64,000 nt of DNA, taken from the IMG/VR virus record IMGVR_UViG_3300021185_003522, positions 61,234 to 125,233 of that record; one strand, written 5' to 3'. The notes under the pieces were generated by a model that worked only from the letters and a program-made list of their open reading frames with translations, was not told the origin of the DNA and did no database searches. The stretch's first letter is position 1, and every line of letters begins with the position of its first letter. The stretch is from a virus. A program made the position numbers and the translations under genes. This document shows positions 28,518 through 38,396 of this stretch, piece after piece.

Positions 28518-29357
28518 TTATCCGAAAAAATTTGCAACATTCATTGTAAACGGAGTTTCGTATTCATGTTTGCAATCATTACAAGTAATGTTCATTGGTT
28601 TAATTTCACTTGCTTCTTTTATAGTTTCAATTTTCTTACGAATTTTTTCAAACGTTGCAGTATCACAGTTTTGTATATATTCTTCTATGTGGTTTTTGTC
28701 AACTACAATTTGGTCGCCACTTTTAACCATGCTTATGCTATCAGCAATTGCAGTAAGAGTCAAAAAACTGATGTTTTCAAATGCTTTTTGTAAAAGTTTC
28801 AGTTTCTCATCTTCAGGCATTTCTGTTGCTGGAAGTGTTTCCATCATCTTCTGATCTTCAAACTGTGCAGTATTATTTTCGTTTTGTTCTTTGTATGAAA
28901 GTGGTTTGAAATGAATCTCTACATCGCCTAGTACTACCGGCTTAGAATAATCTGCAAATTTTATACCATCCATTACTTGCCTTAGATCAATAGCAAATTC
29001 GTTTTCTTCTTCACATTGTGGACATTTGCTTAAAAACTCCATGTCATGACCGTAACTTGCAATTCTAATAGCGATCAGTATGGTGTCAAGATCAGCAGTG
29101 CTTATTTTCCATGCATCTTTGAATGCTGGTACACAACTCTTTATTACGTTAGCTACTGCTGCCCCGTTAAACAATGCATCAGCAGTTCTATATGCAATTT
29201 CATCAAGTGCAGTCATTGGATATACTGGTAATTCTCTATTGTGTGGGAATTCTATCACTGACTCGTCGTAAAAAGCTCCGTCGCTTGGCAATTTTATATA
29301 GATACTAGGTTGTCTAAAGTGTTTAGCCAAAGGATTTGGAGTGATGTTTTCTGTCAT
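28518..29357 (-). CDS. gp26: Baseplate hub assembly protein (gp26-like)
   Basis: NPLAKHFRQP.IYIKLPS.G, VYPMTALDE, DLDTILIAIRIASYG, two CxxC pairs and a ...NFFG end. Start revised to the ATG at 29357 (SD TAGGA). Confidence 0.85.
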   Translation of the reverse strand: MTENITPNPLAKHFRQPSIYIKLPSDGAFYDESVIEFPHNRELPVYPMTALDEIAYRTADALFNGAAVANVIKSCVPAFKDAWKISTADLDTILIAIRIASYGHDMEFLSKCPQCEEENEFAIDLRQVMDGIKFADYSKPVVLGDVEIHFKPLSYKEQNENNTAQFEDQKMMETLPATEMPEDEKLKLLQKAFENISFLTLTAIADSISMVKSGDQIVVDKNHIEEYIQNCDTATFEKIRKKIETIKEASEIKPMNITCNDCKHEYETPFTMNVANFFG

Positions 29358-29369
29358 GTTTTTTCCTAC

Positions 29370-29377
29370 CATAAATA
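29370..29377 (+). promoter_or_regulatory. Late promoter CATAAATA for the tape measure gene
   Basis: Consensus match in the divergent gap. Confidence 0.7.
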
Positions 29378-29388
29378 TAGTTGTATAT

Positions 29389-29396
29389 TACTTATA
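29389..29396 (-). promoter_or_regulatory. Late promoter variant TATAAGTA for the gp26 operon
   Basis: 7/8 match to TATAAATA, upstream of gp26. Confidence 0.6.
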
Positions 29397-29423
29397 CGGC
29401 TCAAAAACAGGTGAAAATTAAGT

Positions 29424-31481
29424 ATGGCCGAAGATCAAGAACAAACCAGACTACTGCAACAGATGCTAGAAGCCTTACAAAGATCTAGCGGCAATACAAA
29501 TGCCAAGGAAGTCAAAGAAGCCAAAAAGAATCTTGCTGATTACAATCTAGCAGTAACTCGTGGTACCAGGGCAGAAGAAGATAAAACAAATGTCATGGGC
29601 AAATCTGCCGCAATGCTTAACAAGGCTACCGTGGGTACATCCAAGTTTGTTGCAGCCACTGCGGCGGCTGCAGGTGCAATACGTGAAAACAGAGAAGACT
29701 TTAACAGTCTTAATCCTGCTATCCAGTTAGTCGGCAACGGTATGCAAATGGCTAGTAAAACAGTCGGAGCACTTGGTGATGCGGCTGGTGATGCACTAAA
29801 AGGAATTCCTCTTCTTGGTGGAGTCATTGGTGGAGCAGTAAGTGCGGCCTCAAAGTTAACTGCAGCCTTAGGGCAAGCGGCTGGTGAGATTGTTAAAACA
29901 ATTGGTCCGATGCTTACTGCAGAACTGCAAAGAGCTTCAGTTGCATACAGAAATGCAGGTAGTGTTGCGGCTCTTGGCGCAGACGGGCTTACTGGCTTAG
30001 CAAATCAGGCAATTGATGCAGGGTTAAGTTTTACAACTTTTAGCAATGTTGTAAAACAAAATGCAGAAACAATGGCATTTGCTACACGTAATAGCGCCGA
30101 CTCAGCAAAAGTTTTAGCAGATACAAGTAAAGCAATGCAACCATTTAGACGTGGTATGCTGGCTTTAGGTATAAGTGTTGAACAACAAAATGAACTGACT
30201 GCTGGCTACATTGGATTACAACAAAGATTAGGCAGAGATGAGTCAAGAAATAGTCGAGCATTAGCACAAGGTTCTCGCAACTACATACAGAATTTAACAG
30301 AACTATCCAAGCTCACAGGTAAGAGTGTATCAGAACAACAAAAAGAACTTGACGCACAATCAAGACATGTTAGACAGGCAGCCACACAACGTGAAGTAGA
30401 GAGAAGACTTGGTGGAGAGGCTGGTAAAAAAGCCTCTGAAGCTATTTCAGGAGTTGCAACAGTCTTAAAGTCAGCGGCTCCGGTGTTAGCTGGCGGATTC
30501 CAAGATGCACTAGGTGGTAACTTTAAAACTGACGCGGCTAAAAACTTTTATAGAGCAACCGGTGAAGCTGGTAAGGACATTATTAACCAGTTGAAAGCAG
30601 GTACAATAACACGTGAGAAAGCTCTTGCAGGCATACAAGACGCTGCTGCAAACAGATACCAGTCATTGGGCGGTGATAAGTTTGCTATGGCTGCTGGTAA
30701 TACCGGCACTGCACTGGACGCAGTAATGATGGATTTACAGAGCTTGACTTTTGGCGCAAAGTTTGGTGATCAGATTGGCAAAATAGAAACTGCTACTAAA
30801 AAGAATATGAAAACCACAGACGCAACCACAAACGCAATGATTGATGCACAAGAATCAATGATACGTTCAGCAAAAGCTCTTGATGAACTAGCACTACAGA
30901 CGTCGTTACCATTGGCAGCCACTGCTATTCAAAAATTCACTGACTATTCTGTTACGGCATCTAAAAAAATGTTAGCATATGCAGATGCATTTGCTAAAGG
31001 CGGAGTAGGGGCAGTTACTGAAAAACTAAAAGAAGATACAATAAACAAGTCTGTTGGCGATGCAGGTAGTGCTCTAGATAAACAAGATGCAACTAACTTT
31101 AATGCTGGCGGAATGTTAATGAAAGCAGACATCACAGTTGCAAAAGGTATCGAAGGGCTAGTAGGATTTTTTAGTGAAGGTGCAAAAGATTTTCTCAAAG
31201 AAATGAGAGTAGAAAACCAAACTAACTATCTAGAAAACCAAGGTATAAAAGTAAAACGTGATGACTATGCCGCATCACTTGCCGGACCAAAGTCTAATAT
31301 GCAAAAGTCTGATATCAATCAATCTAGTGTTATAGATGCTACAACTGCTAGAAAACAAATAGACGATGAATACAATAAACTTCAAACTACTCCGATTGCT
31401 GGTAATGATAATAGTAACGTGGTTAGTGAGCAACAAATGACTAACAAGTTGCTAAAACGTTTAGTGCAACAGAATCAATAA
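29424..31481 (+). CDS. Tail tape measure protein (gp29-like)
   Basis: 685 aa, Ala/Gly-rich and helical; adjacent to the chaperone genes; YIQNLTELSKLTGKSVSEQQ motif typical of tape measure proteins. Confidence 0.75.
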   Translation: MAEDQEQTRLLQQMLEALQRSSGNTNAKEVKEAKKNLADYNLAVTRGTRAEEDKTNVMGKSAAMLNKATVGTSKFVAATAAAAGAIRENREDFNSLNPAIQLVGNGMQMASKTVGALGDAAGDALKGIPLLGGVIGGAVSAASKLTAALGQAAGEIVKTIGPMLTAELQRASVAYRNAGSVAALGADGLTGLANQAIDAGLSFTTFSNVVKQNAETMAFATRNSADSAKVLADTSKAMQPFRRGMLALGISVEQQNELTAGYIGLQQRLGRDESRNSRALAQGSRNYIQNLTELSKLTGKSVSEQQKELDAQSRHVRQAATQREVERRLGGEAGKKASEAISGVATVLKSAAPVLAGGFQDALGGNFKTDAAKNFYRATGEAGKDIINQLKAGTITREKALAGIQDAAANRYQSLGGDKFAMAAGNTGTALDAVMMDLQSLTFGAKFGDQIGKIETATKKNMKTTDATTNAMIDAQESMIRSAKALDELALQTSLPLAATAIQKFTDYSVTASKKMLAYADAFAKGGVGAVTEKLKEDTINKSVGDAGSALDKQDATNFNAGGMLMKADITVAKGIEGLVGFFSEGAKDFLKEMRVENQTNYLENQGIKVKRDDYAASLAGPKSNMQKSDINQSSVIDATTARKQIDDEYNKLQTTPIAGNDNSNVVSEQQMTNKLLKRLVQQNQ

Positions 31482-31504
31482 TTAATACAACCCACACGGC
31501 AGGT

Positions 31505-31512
31505 GATAAATA
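31505..31512 (+). promoter_or_regulatory. Late promoter GATAAATA for the portal gene
   Basis: Consensus match upstream of the portal ATG. Confidence 0.75.
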
Positions 31513-31542
31513 CTCCATAACAAAGAGTACACTGGAACACAT

Positions 31543-33303
31543 ATGTCTTGGAAAAAATACTTTAAAGCAGTTGACAACTATGGTGGTCAACTAAGTCCAA
31601 TAAGTGGACAAAATAGTAGAGGACCTAGTTACGGTAGCGGCGGGTCAGGCGGACAGTTTGGTTTTAAAAACTACCAAAGTCATTTACCAGAAGTATATTC
31701 TGGACATCCAAATAGAATTGAGCGATATAACCAATATGAAAATATGGACAATGACAGCGAAATTAATGCTTGTCTTGATATAATTGCTGAATTTGCAACT
31801 CAAACTAACGATAGTAATAAAACACCTTTTGAAGTTTCATATACAGATACTCCCACAAACAATGAAATAGAAATTATCCGCACACAACTTCAACAATGGA
31901 CTAAACTTAACAAACTTAGTCAACGAATGTTTCGTATTTTCCGTAATACAATAAAATACGGCGATCAGGTGTTTGTGCGTGATCCAGAAACATTTGAATT
32001 ATACTGGGTTGACATGACCAAAGTAGTGCGTGTAATTGTAAACGAAAACGAAGGCAAACGTCCTGAACAATATGTAATACGTGATATCAATCCAAACTTT
32101 CAAAATTTAAGCATAGCACCGAAGCAAACCACAGACTATGGTACTGGAACTAATTCAGGACAAATTATTGGAACTGGTGGCAGCAATATGGGCGGTTCTA
32201 ATTATACCATACCAAACGCACCTAGTGGACAGAGTAGATTTGAACACACAGTAAACGAAACTGTAATTGATGCAAAAAATGTTGTGCATTTGGCACTTAG
32301 CGAAGGTTTAGATTTCTTCTGGCCCTTTAGTCAAAGCATATTAGAAATGATATTCAAGGTATTCAAGCAGAAGGAATTGCTCGAAGATGCTATACTAATA
32401 TACAGAGTACAACGTGCTCCAGAGCGTAGAGTGTTCTACATTGATGTTGGAAACATGCCATCACATCTTGCTATGCAGTTTGTTGAGCGTGTTAAAAATG
32501 AAGTACATCAAAGGCGTATACCTAGTGCAAGTGGCGGACAACAACAAACCACAATGGATACAACATACAATCCTCTGTCAATTAACGAAGATTACTTTTT
32601 CCCTCAAACAGCAGAAGGTAGAGGATCAAAAGTTGAAACACTACCAGGCGGAGAGAACTTAGGACAGATTGACGATTTAAAATACTTTAACAACAAGATG
32701 TGTAGAGGACTTCGTGTGCCAAGTTCATACTTGCCTACTGGTCCAGATGATTCTGATCGACCAATGAACGACGGACGTGTTGGTACTGCACTTATACAAG
32801 AATATAGGTTTAATCAGTATTGTGAAAGATTACAAAAGCAGATTATTGAAAAACTTGATGATGAGTTCAAAATGTTCATGCGTTGGAGAGGCTTTAACAT
32901 TGACAGTGGATTGTTTAATATTACATTTGCACCGCCACAAAACTTTGCAAGTTATAGACAAGCAGAACTAGATACAACAAGAATACAAGCCTTTAGTGCA
33001 TTAGAGCAATTGCCTTATATGAGTAAACGTTTTATTATGAAACGTTATCTGGGTTTAACAGATGATGAATTGCAAGAAAATACAGAACAATGGGAACAAG
33101 AAACTGGACAACCAGTTGAAACAGAACCAACTGGCAGTGATTTACGTACAGTCGGTATAAGTCCTGCAGACTTCGAAGGTGATGTAAGTATGGGTGATGC
33201 AGTTGCTGGCGAAGAAGCAATGGATCCGGCACTCGGCGGTGAACAAATTGACGTTAATATTGATGCAGCAGCACCAGCTGCTCCAGAAGCGCCTCCTGTA
33301 TAA
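31543..33303 (+). CDS. gp20: Portal vertex protein (gp20)
   Basis: EDAILIYRVQRAPERRVFYIDVGNMP, EDYFFPQ.AEGRGSKVETLPGGENLGQIDDLKYF and GLRVPSSYL. Confidence 0.96.
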   Translation: MSWKKYFKAVDNYGGQLSPISGQNSRGPSYGSGGSGGQFGFKNYQSHLPEVYSGHPNRIERYNQYENMDNDSEINACLDIIAEFATQTNDSNKTPFEVSYTDTPTNNEIEIIRTQLQQWTKLNKLSQRMFRIFRNTIKYGDQVFVRDPETFELYWVDMTKVVRVIVNENEGKRPEQYVIRDINPNFQNLSIAPKQTTDYGTGTNSGQIIGTGGSNMGGSNYTIPNAPSGQSRFEHTVNETVIDAKNVVHLALSEGLDFFWPFSQSILEMIFKVFKQKELLEDAILIYRVQRAPERRVFYIDVGNMPSHLAMQFVERVKNEVHQRRIPSASGGQQQTTMDTTYNPLSINEDYFFPQTAEGRGSKVETLPGGENLGQIDDLKYFNNKMCRGLRVPSSYLPTGPDDSDRPMNDGRVGTALIQEYRFNQYCERLQKQIIEKLDDEFKMFMRWRGFNIDSGLFNITFAPPQNFASYRQAELDTTRIQAFSALEQLPYMSKRFIMKRYLGLTDDELQENTEQWEQETGQPVETEPTGSDLRTVGISPADFEGDVSMGDAVAGEEAMDPALGGEQIDVNIDAAAPAAPEAPPV

Positions 33304-33306
33304 ATA
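33299..33306 (+). promoter_or_regulatory. Perfect late promoter TATAAATA containing the portal stop; leaderless downstream gene
   Basis: GTA-TAA-ATA-CTATT-ATG. Confidence 0.8.
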
Positions 33307-33311
33307 CTATT

Positions 33312-33527
33312 ATGAAACTATTTGAATTTTATGACGCACCTGCTGAAGGTTATCAAGATCAAGAAGCTGACAACAGTGTTCCTGAGCTTGGAGAGCTACG
33401 CAAGACAAAACTTACACTAAAGCAAATATCCAAATTGCGTAAGATGTATGACATGCGTAACTATGAAAAAACTGAAGAACTTAAAAAGATACAAGCACAA
33501 TTTGCACCTCCACCTGCTCCGATGTAG
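33312..33527 (+). CDS. Small head-associated protein
   Basis: 71 aa between portal and core genes; MKLFEF start resembles capsid-targeting N-termini; RKTKLTLKQISKLRK. Confidence 0.7.
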   Translation: MKLFEFYDAPAEGYQDQEADNSVPELGELRKTKLTLKQISKLRKMYDMRNYEKTEELKKIQAQFAPPPAPM

Positions 33528-33636
33528 GCTATTGTAGAAAATTATTCATTTTCTACCACTTTTACCCCTATAAACTACTAGTTTTTTAATTTTCTTGTAA
33601 GTACTATACTGAGACATACTTAGAAGGAATATTTTT

Positions 33637-34554
33637 ATGAACAAATTTGAGCAATTAATTGAATTCGTTATCAATGATGACGAAAAGAATGCAAAGGCGC
33701 TTTTCCACGATATAGTGGTTGAGAAGTCAAGAGACATATATGAAGAGATTATGTCCGAAGAAGAAATTACAGAAAAGAAACAAGGATATAAGGACCGTGA
33801 AGACGAGCATTTAGGTGCTAAAGACGGTGCTGAAGATACTAAAAAACAATCCATGAAAGATCGTAGAGACGACGAAATGGGAAAGCGTGGCAAGCGTGAC
33901 GCAGAACATGACAACGATCAAAAGATTGATGAAACTGATTTAGGTGGATCACAGGTTGACGAACTCATTGACGAAGTCGAAGCTGAAGAGCAAGGCGTTA
34001 GAATGGAAGATGAAGAAGAAGAAATCGAAATGATCGACATCGACGTTGATGATGACAACGGCGAAGAAGAATTAGAAGACCGTATAGTAAACGTTGAAGA
34101 CAAATTAGACGAACTAATGGGTGAATTCGAAGAGCTAATGGGTCAAGTTGATGACAACACAGACGACATCGAAGGCGAGCAGGATGAAATTTCAGACATT
34201 GATAGCGATACTGACATGGAGCAGGACGAGATTGATGGCATGCAGGACAAAATGGACGAGCCAATTGATGTTAACGTAGAAGTTGAAGGTTTTAATGAGA
34301 ATGTAGAATTAGTTGCAGCTCCAAAGCCAGTAACAACATCACCAGCTAGCAAAAGTCCGGTAGCTGCAAACTCAGGTCAAAAAGGAATGGATGCACATCC
34401 AGTAAACTTTGATGATGGTAACAAAGGCAAAGAAGGCCGCCCAACACCAAAATATGGTGACATGGATGGAACTACAAAGCCAGACGTTAAGCCAGCTCCA
34501 AAGCCTGAATTAGCACAAGCTTCTGGTGTTAACACCAAAAGTGTTATAGACTAA
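33637..34554 (+). CDS. Acidic prohead core/scaffold-like protein
   Basis: Very Asp/Glu-rich; sits before gp21; SD AAGGA; late promoter variant TGTAAGTA at 33596-33603. Confidence 0.7.
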   Translation: MNKFEQLIEFVINDDEKNAKALFHDIVVEKSRDIYEEIMSEEEITEKKQGYKDREDEHLGAKDGAEDTKKQSMKDRRDDEMGKRGKRDAEHDNDQKIDETDLGGSQVDELIDEVEAEEQGVRMEDEEEEIEMIDIDVDDDNGEEELEDRIVNVEDKLDELMGEFEELMGQVDDNTDDIEGEQDEISDIDSDTDMEQDEIDGMQDKMDEPIDVNVEVEGFNENVELVAAPKPVTTSPASKSPVAANSGQKGMDAHPVNFDDGNKGKEGRPTPKYGDMDGTTKPDVKPAPKPELAQASGVNTKSVID

Positions 34555-34574
34555 TCTAGCAAGGAACCAAGTAT

Positions 34575-35201
34575 ATGGGACAGCTATACCTAAGAGAAGA
34601 TCTTACTTTCGAAGCCGCAAAGATGCAAATCGTTGAGGGCAAAGATGGTAAGAACCTCTATATGGAGGGCATCTGCATACAAGGTGACGTGAAAAATGCC
34701 AATGAACGTGTTTATCCAGTAAGTCAAATTGCAGAAGCAGTTGATACACTGAACGAACAAATCAAAACAACAAGCGTTCTCGGCGAAGTAGATCATCCAG
34801 ATGACCTTAAGATTAACTTAGACCGTGTATGTCATATGATTGAAAGCATGTGGATGGACGGACCTAATGGTTATGGAAAACTAAAAATTCTCCCAACTCC
34901 AATGGGCGAGCTAGTGAAAACTATGCTTCAGTCTGGTGTGAGATTGGGCGTTTCGAGTCGTGGATCGGGTAACGTTGATCCACATAACGGACGTGTCAGT
35001 GATTTTGAAATAGTCACTGTAGACGTGGTCGCACAACCCAGTGCTCCAAATGCTTATCCAAAAGCAATTTATGAAGGACTGATGAACATGAAACATGGAC
35101 ATCACATTTTAGAAATGGCTCGTGAGTCTGGGAAAGACGGCAAAATACAAAAGTACCTGAAAGACGAAGTTTCTCGTCTTATCAGAGACCTAAAAATTTA
35201 G
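34575..35201 (+). CDS. gp21: Prohead core protease (gp21)
   Basis: NANERVYP, LGEVDHP, KILPTPMG, GVSSRGSG and DVVAQPSAPNAY. Confidence 0.96.
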   Translation: MGQLYLREDLTFEAAKMQIVEGKDGKNLYMEGICIQGDVKNANERVYPVSQIAEAVDTLNEQIKTTSVLGEVDHPDDLKINLDRVCHMIESMWMDGPNGYGKLKILPTPMGELVKTMLQSGVRLGVSSRGSGNVDPHNGRVSDFEIVTVDVVAQPSAPNAYPKAIYEGLMNMKHGHHILEMARESGKDGKIQKYLKDEVSRLIRDLKI

Positions 35202-35210
35202 GAGAATCGC

Positions 35211-36293
35211 ATGTTAGATGCTATTAAACCACTATTAGATAGCGATCTCGTCAATGAGGACACTCGTACTGCTATTGCTGAACAATGGGAAGCAAAAATG
35301 GTAGAGGCCAAAGAGACAGTACGTAGTGAACTTCGTGAGGAGTTTGCACAACGCTATGAGCATGATAAGACTGTGATGGTAGACGCCCTAGATAAAATGG
35401 TTACAGAAGGCTTAGCAAGTGAAATCGCTGCTCTTAACGAGGAGAAGAAAGCACTTGCTGGTGATCGTGTTAAGTTTCATAACAAGATGAAAGAAAACGC
35501 TGATAAGTTTAACGGCTTTTTAGTAAAACAACTTTCAGAAGAGTTAAAAGAACTACGCACAGATCGTAAGGTATCAAAAACAGGTTTTGAGAAATTAGAA
35601 TCATTTGTTGTTGGTGCTTTGGCTGAAGAGATCAAGGAATTTGCTGCAGACAAGAAAGACTTAGTAGAAACTAAGGTTAGACTTGTATCAAATGCACGTA
35701 ATAAACTTGATAATCTAAAGAGCAAGTTTGTAAAAGAATCTGCTAAGAAGATGGCTTCAACTGTATCTACGCATCTTAAGGCTGAAATGGGTCAACTAAA
35801 AGAAGACATTCAAATTGCTCGTGAGAACAATTTTGGTCGTCGTATCTTTGAAGCATATGCAACAGAGTTTGGTGCTACACATTTAAATGAAAATGAAGAA
35901 GTACGTAAACTTAATGTTAAAATTGCTAAACAAGATAAACAGTTGGCAGAAGCCATCAAAACTCAAGACAAAGCGAAAGCACTTGTTGAGAGCAAAAATA
36001 ACGAAATCAAAGTTATAAAAGAAGCCAATGAGCGTGATGCTACATTGGATGAGCTTCTATCTCCTCTTAATGATGAGAAGAGAGAAATTATGACTAACTT
36101 ACTTGAAAACGTTCAGACATCTAGATTGAAGAACGCTTTTGAAAAATACTTGCCAGCAGTAATCAGCGAAACAAAAGGTGCTAAGAAAGCATCTCAGTTA
36201 ACTGAACAAACTGGTAACAAAACTGCAAAGGTCGCCAAGAAAGAAGATAACAATTCAAACGTTATCGACATAAAGCGCCTAGCAGGGCTTTAA
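35211..36293 (+). CDS. gp22: Prohead core scaffold protein (gp22)
   Basis: Coiled coil between protease and major capsid protein; RENNFGRRIFEA motif; ends IKRLAGL. Confidence 0.88.
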   Translation: MLDAIKPLLDSDLVNEDTRTAIAEQWEAKMVEAKETVRSELREEFAQRYEHDKTVMVDALDKMVTEGLASEIAALNEEKKALAGDRVKFHNKMKENADKFNGFLVKQLSEELKELRTDRKVSKTGFEKLESFVVGALAEEIKEFAADKKDLVETKVRLVSNARNKLDNLKSKFVKESAKKMASTVSTHLKAEMGQLKEDIQIARENNFGRRIFEAYATEFGATHLNENEEVRKLNVKIAKQDKQLAEAIKTQDKAKALVESKNNEIKVIKEANERDATLDELLSPLNDEKREIMTNLLENVQTSRLKNAFEKYLPAVISETKGAKKASQLTEQTGNKTAKVAKKEDNNSNVIDIKRLAGL

Positions 36294-36314
36294 ACTAAAA
36301 AAGGAGACATATAA

Positions 36315-37505
36315 ATGTCACAAGAACTACTAGAAAACAGATGGAGCGAGACCAAAGAAGCCCTCCTAGAAGGCTTACAAGGAACTCGTAGATCTACAAT
36401 GGGTGTGATTTTAGAAAACACACGCAAACATTTAGCTGAGAACGCAACAGCGGGTTCAACTAGTTCAGGTAACGTAGCAACACTTAATAGAGTAATACTA
36501 CCAGTTATCCGACGTGTGATGCCAACTGTTATTGCTAACGAGTTAGTTGGTGTTCAGCCAATGACTGGTCCAGTTGGACAAATACACACATTGAGAGTAC
36601 GTTATGCTAACGCAATGACAGACAACTCAATTGCCGCTACATCAACAGCCGCTGGTGATGAAGCATTATCACCATTCAAAATTGCTCAGGCATATTCCGG
36701 TTCTACTGGAGCAACTGCTGCATCATATGCAGGTGGAAACACAGCAGCCATGGAAGGTGTTGGTGGTAGACAAATTTCCGTTCAAATCTTAAAGCAAACA
36801 GTCGAAGCAAAGACTCGTAAGCTACAAGCAAGATGGACTTTTGAAGCAGCTCAAGATGCACAAGCAATGCACGGTATCGACGTAGAAGCAGAAATCATGG
36901 CAGCATTAGCTCAAGAGATTACTGCTGAAATCGATCAAGAGATTCTATTATCTCTACGTACATTAGCCGCAACTGAATTCACATACAACCAGGCTGCAGT
37001 ATCAGGTACTGCTACTTTCGTTGGTGATGAGCATGCCGCTTTAGCAGTGTTAATAAACAGAACAGCTAACCTAATTGCTCAGCGTACAAGACGTGGCGCT
37101 GGTAACTATGCAGTTGTTTCTCCAGCTTCATTAACAGTATTACAATCAGCTACAACTTCAGCATTTGCTAGAACAACAGAAGGTACTTTTGAAGCACCAA
37201 CAAACACTAAGTTTGTAGGTACACTTAACGGTACAATGAGAATCTTCTGTGATTCATATGCAACAGACGCTACAGCAGTATTAGTAGGATACAAAGGTGC
37301 ATCAGAAACTGACGCTCCAGCATTCTACTGTCCTTACGTACCGTTGATGAGTTCAGGCGTTGTATTAGATCCGTCAACATTTGAGCCAGTAGTTAGCTTT
37401 ATGACCAGATATGGTTACATTGAGTTAACAAATACTGCGTCATCATTTGGTAACGCCGGTGATTACTTAGGTGAGATTGCAGTAAGCAACTTATCATTCT
37501 CATAA
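36315..37505 (+). CDS. gp23: Major capsid protein (gp23)
   Basis: PVIRRVMPTVIANELVGVQPMTGPVGQI, VEAKTRKLQARWTFEAAQD, FYCPYVPL and FEPVVSFMTRYG. Confidence 0.97.
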   Translation: MSQELLENRWSETKEALLEGLQGTRRSTMGVILENTRKHLAENATAGSTSSGNVATLNRVILPVIRRVMPTVIANELVGVQPMTGPVGQIHTLRVRYANAMTDNSIAATSTAAGDEALSPFKIAQAYSGSTGATAASYAGGNTAAMEGVGGRQISVQILKQTVEAKTRKLQARWTFEAAQDAQAMHGIDVEAEIMAALAQEITAEIDQEILLSLRTLAATEFTYNQAAVSGTATFVGDEHAALAVLINRTANLIAQRTRRGAGNYAVVSPASLTVLQSATTSAFARTTEGTFEAPTNTKFVGTLNGTMRIFCDSYATDATAVLVGYKGASETDAPAFYCPYVPLMSSGVVLDPSTFEPVVSFMTRYGYIELTNTASSFGNAGDYLGEIAVSNLSFS

Positions 37506-37523
37506 TATACGCTAAACTTTATG

Positions 37524-37553
37524 AAAAATAGCACCTTCGGGTGCTATTTTTTT
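37524..37553 (+). terminator. Rho-independent terminator with a cUUCGg tetraloop
   Basis: AAAAATAGCACC-TTCG-GGTGCTATTTTTTT directly after gp23. Confidence 0.92.
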
Positions 37554-37566
37554 GACCTTTATTCCA

Positions 37567-37574
37567 CATAAATA
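37567..37574 (+). promoter_or_regulatory. Late promoter CATAAATA
   Basis: Lies directly after the terminator. Confidence 0.75.
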
Positions 37575-37648
37575 CTGTTGCACAATAATGTGTTTATGCA
37601 GACAAAACTGCGTACCCGCTAGAACGGGACTTTATAAGGAGAAAACAA

Positions 37649-38338
37649 ATGGGAAGACCGTTAAAAATTGCAAAAAGTCTTACAAAAGACATTGCGTATA
37701 ATAATCCAGGCGATGATGTTGCAAACAGAACACCATCAGGTGAATTATATTATGGTGTAGTAGGCGGAGACGTTTCGCTTAGTAGCATAACAAATCCAAT
37801 TACATCTACTAGAGTACGACCAACAGGCGGAAGTATAACTGCTGAAGGCGAAGGTTTTATTATCAAACAAAAAGGAGCTTCAAAGTTCCTAGTATCAAGA
37901 CTAGATGCAAGTGCAATTGACCCTGCAAACGCAGTGGTTGGATCCACAGTAAGAGTTGTCGCAGTAGGCGATACTGACTGGGCTTCAATGGGTGCTGGTA
38001 AAGGTACTATTGCAGTAGGAATGATTTTTACTGTAGAAGCAGCCTCAGCCGCTGGTTCTTCAGGAACAGTTGCTGAATGTGGAATATGTACATTAGCAAA
38101 CGAAGCAGATTCTGGTTTATCAACAGGAAGTATGACAGTTACTTACACTGATGTAGGATCATCATTGGTACGTCTAAAGCGTTTTAGCAACAGACATGGA
38201 ATATCTTTTGCAGATGCTCCAGTATTGTTAAACTTTTTCAACATATTAGATGACACAGTGAAAATTGGTGGATCAGGTTCGTCTGCATCACCAGCAACAC
38301 GTGATTTAGTACAAGTTGAGAATCCTGACTTAGGTTAA
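37649..38338 (+). CDS. Putative virion (head decoration-like) protein
   Basis: Follows the major capsid gene; strong SD AAGGAG; MGRPLK start; Gly/Ser/Thr-rich. Confidence 0.6.
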   Translation: MGRPLKIAKSLTKDIAYNNPGDDVANRTPSGELYYGVVGGDVSLSSITNPITSTRVRPTGGSITAEGEGFIIKQKGASKFLVSRLDASAIDPANAVVGSTVRVVAVGDTDWASMGAGKGTIAVGMIFTVEAASAAGSSGTVAECGICTLANEADSGLSTGSMTVTYTDVGSSLVRLKRFSNRHGISFADAPVLLNFFNILDDTVKIGGSGSSASPATRDLVQVENPDLG

Positions 38339-38359
38339 TAGGTAAGTTTTTAACTAACC

Positions 38360-38396
38360 AAACCCTTACTGTATTAAGTACAGTGAGGGTTTTTTT
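38360..38396 (+). terminator. 14-bp terminator hairpin whose loop contains a late-promoter variant (ATTAAGTA, 38373-38380)
   Basis: AAACCCTTACTGTA-TTAAG-TACAGTGAGGGTTT followed by a T run immediately before the ATG at 38397. Confidence 0.75.
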
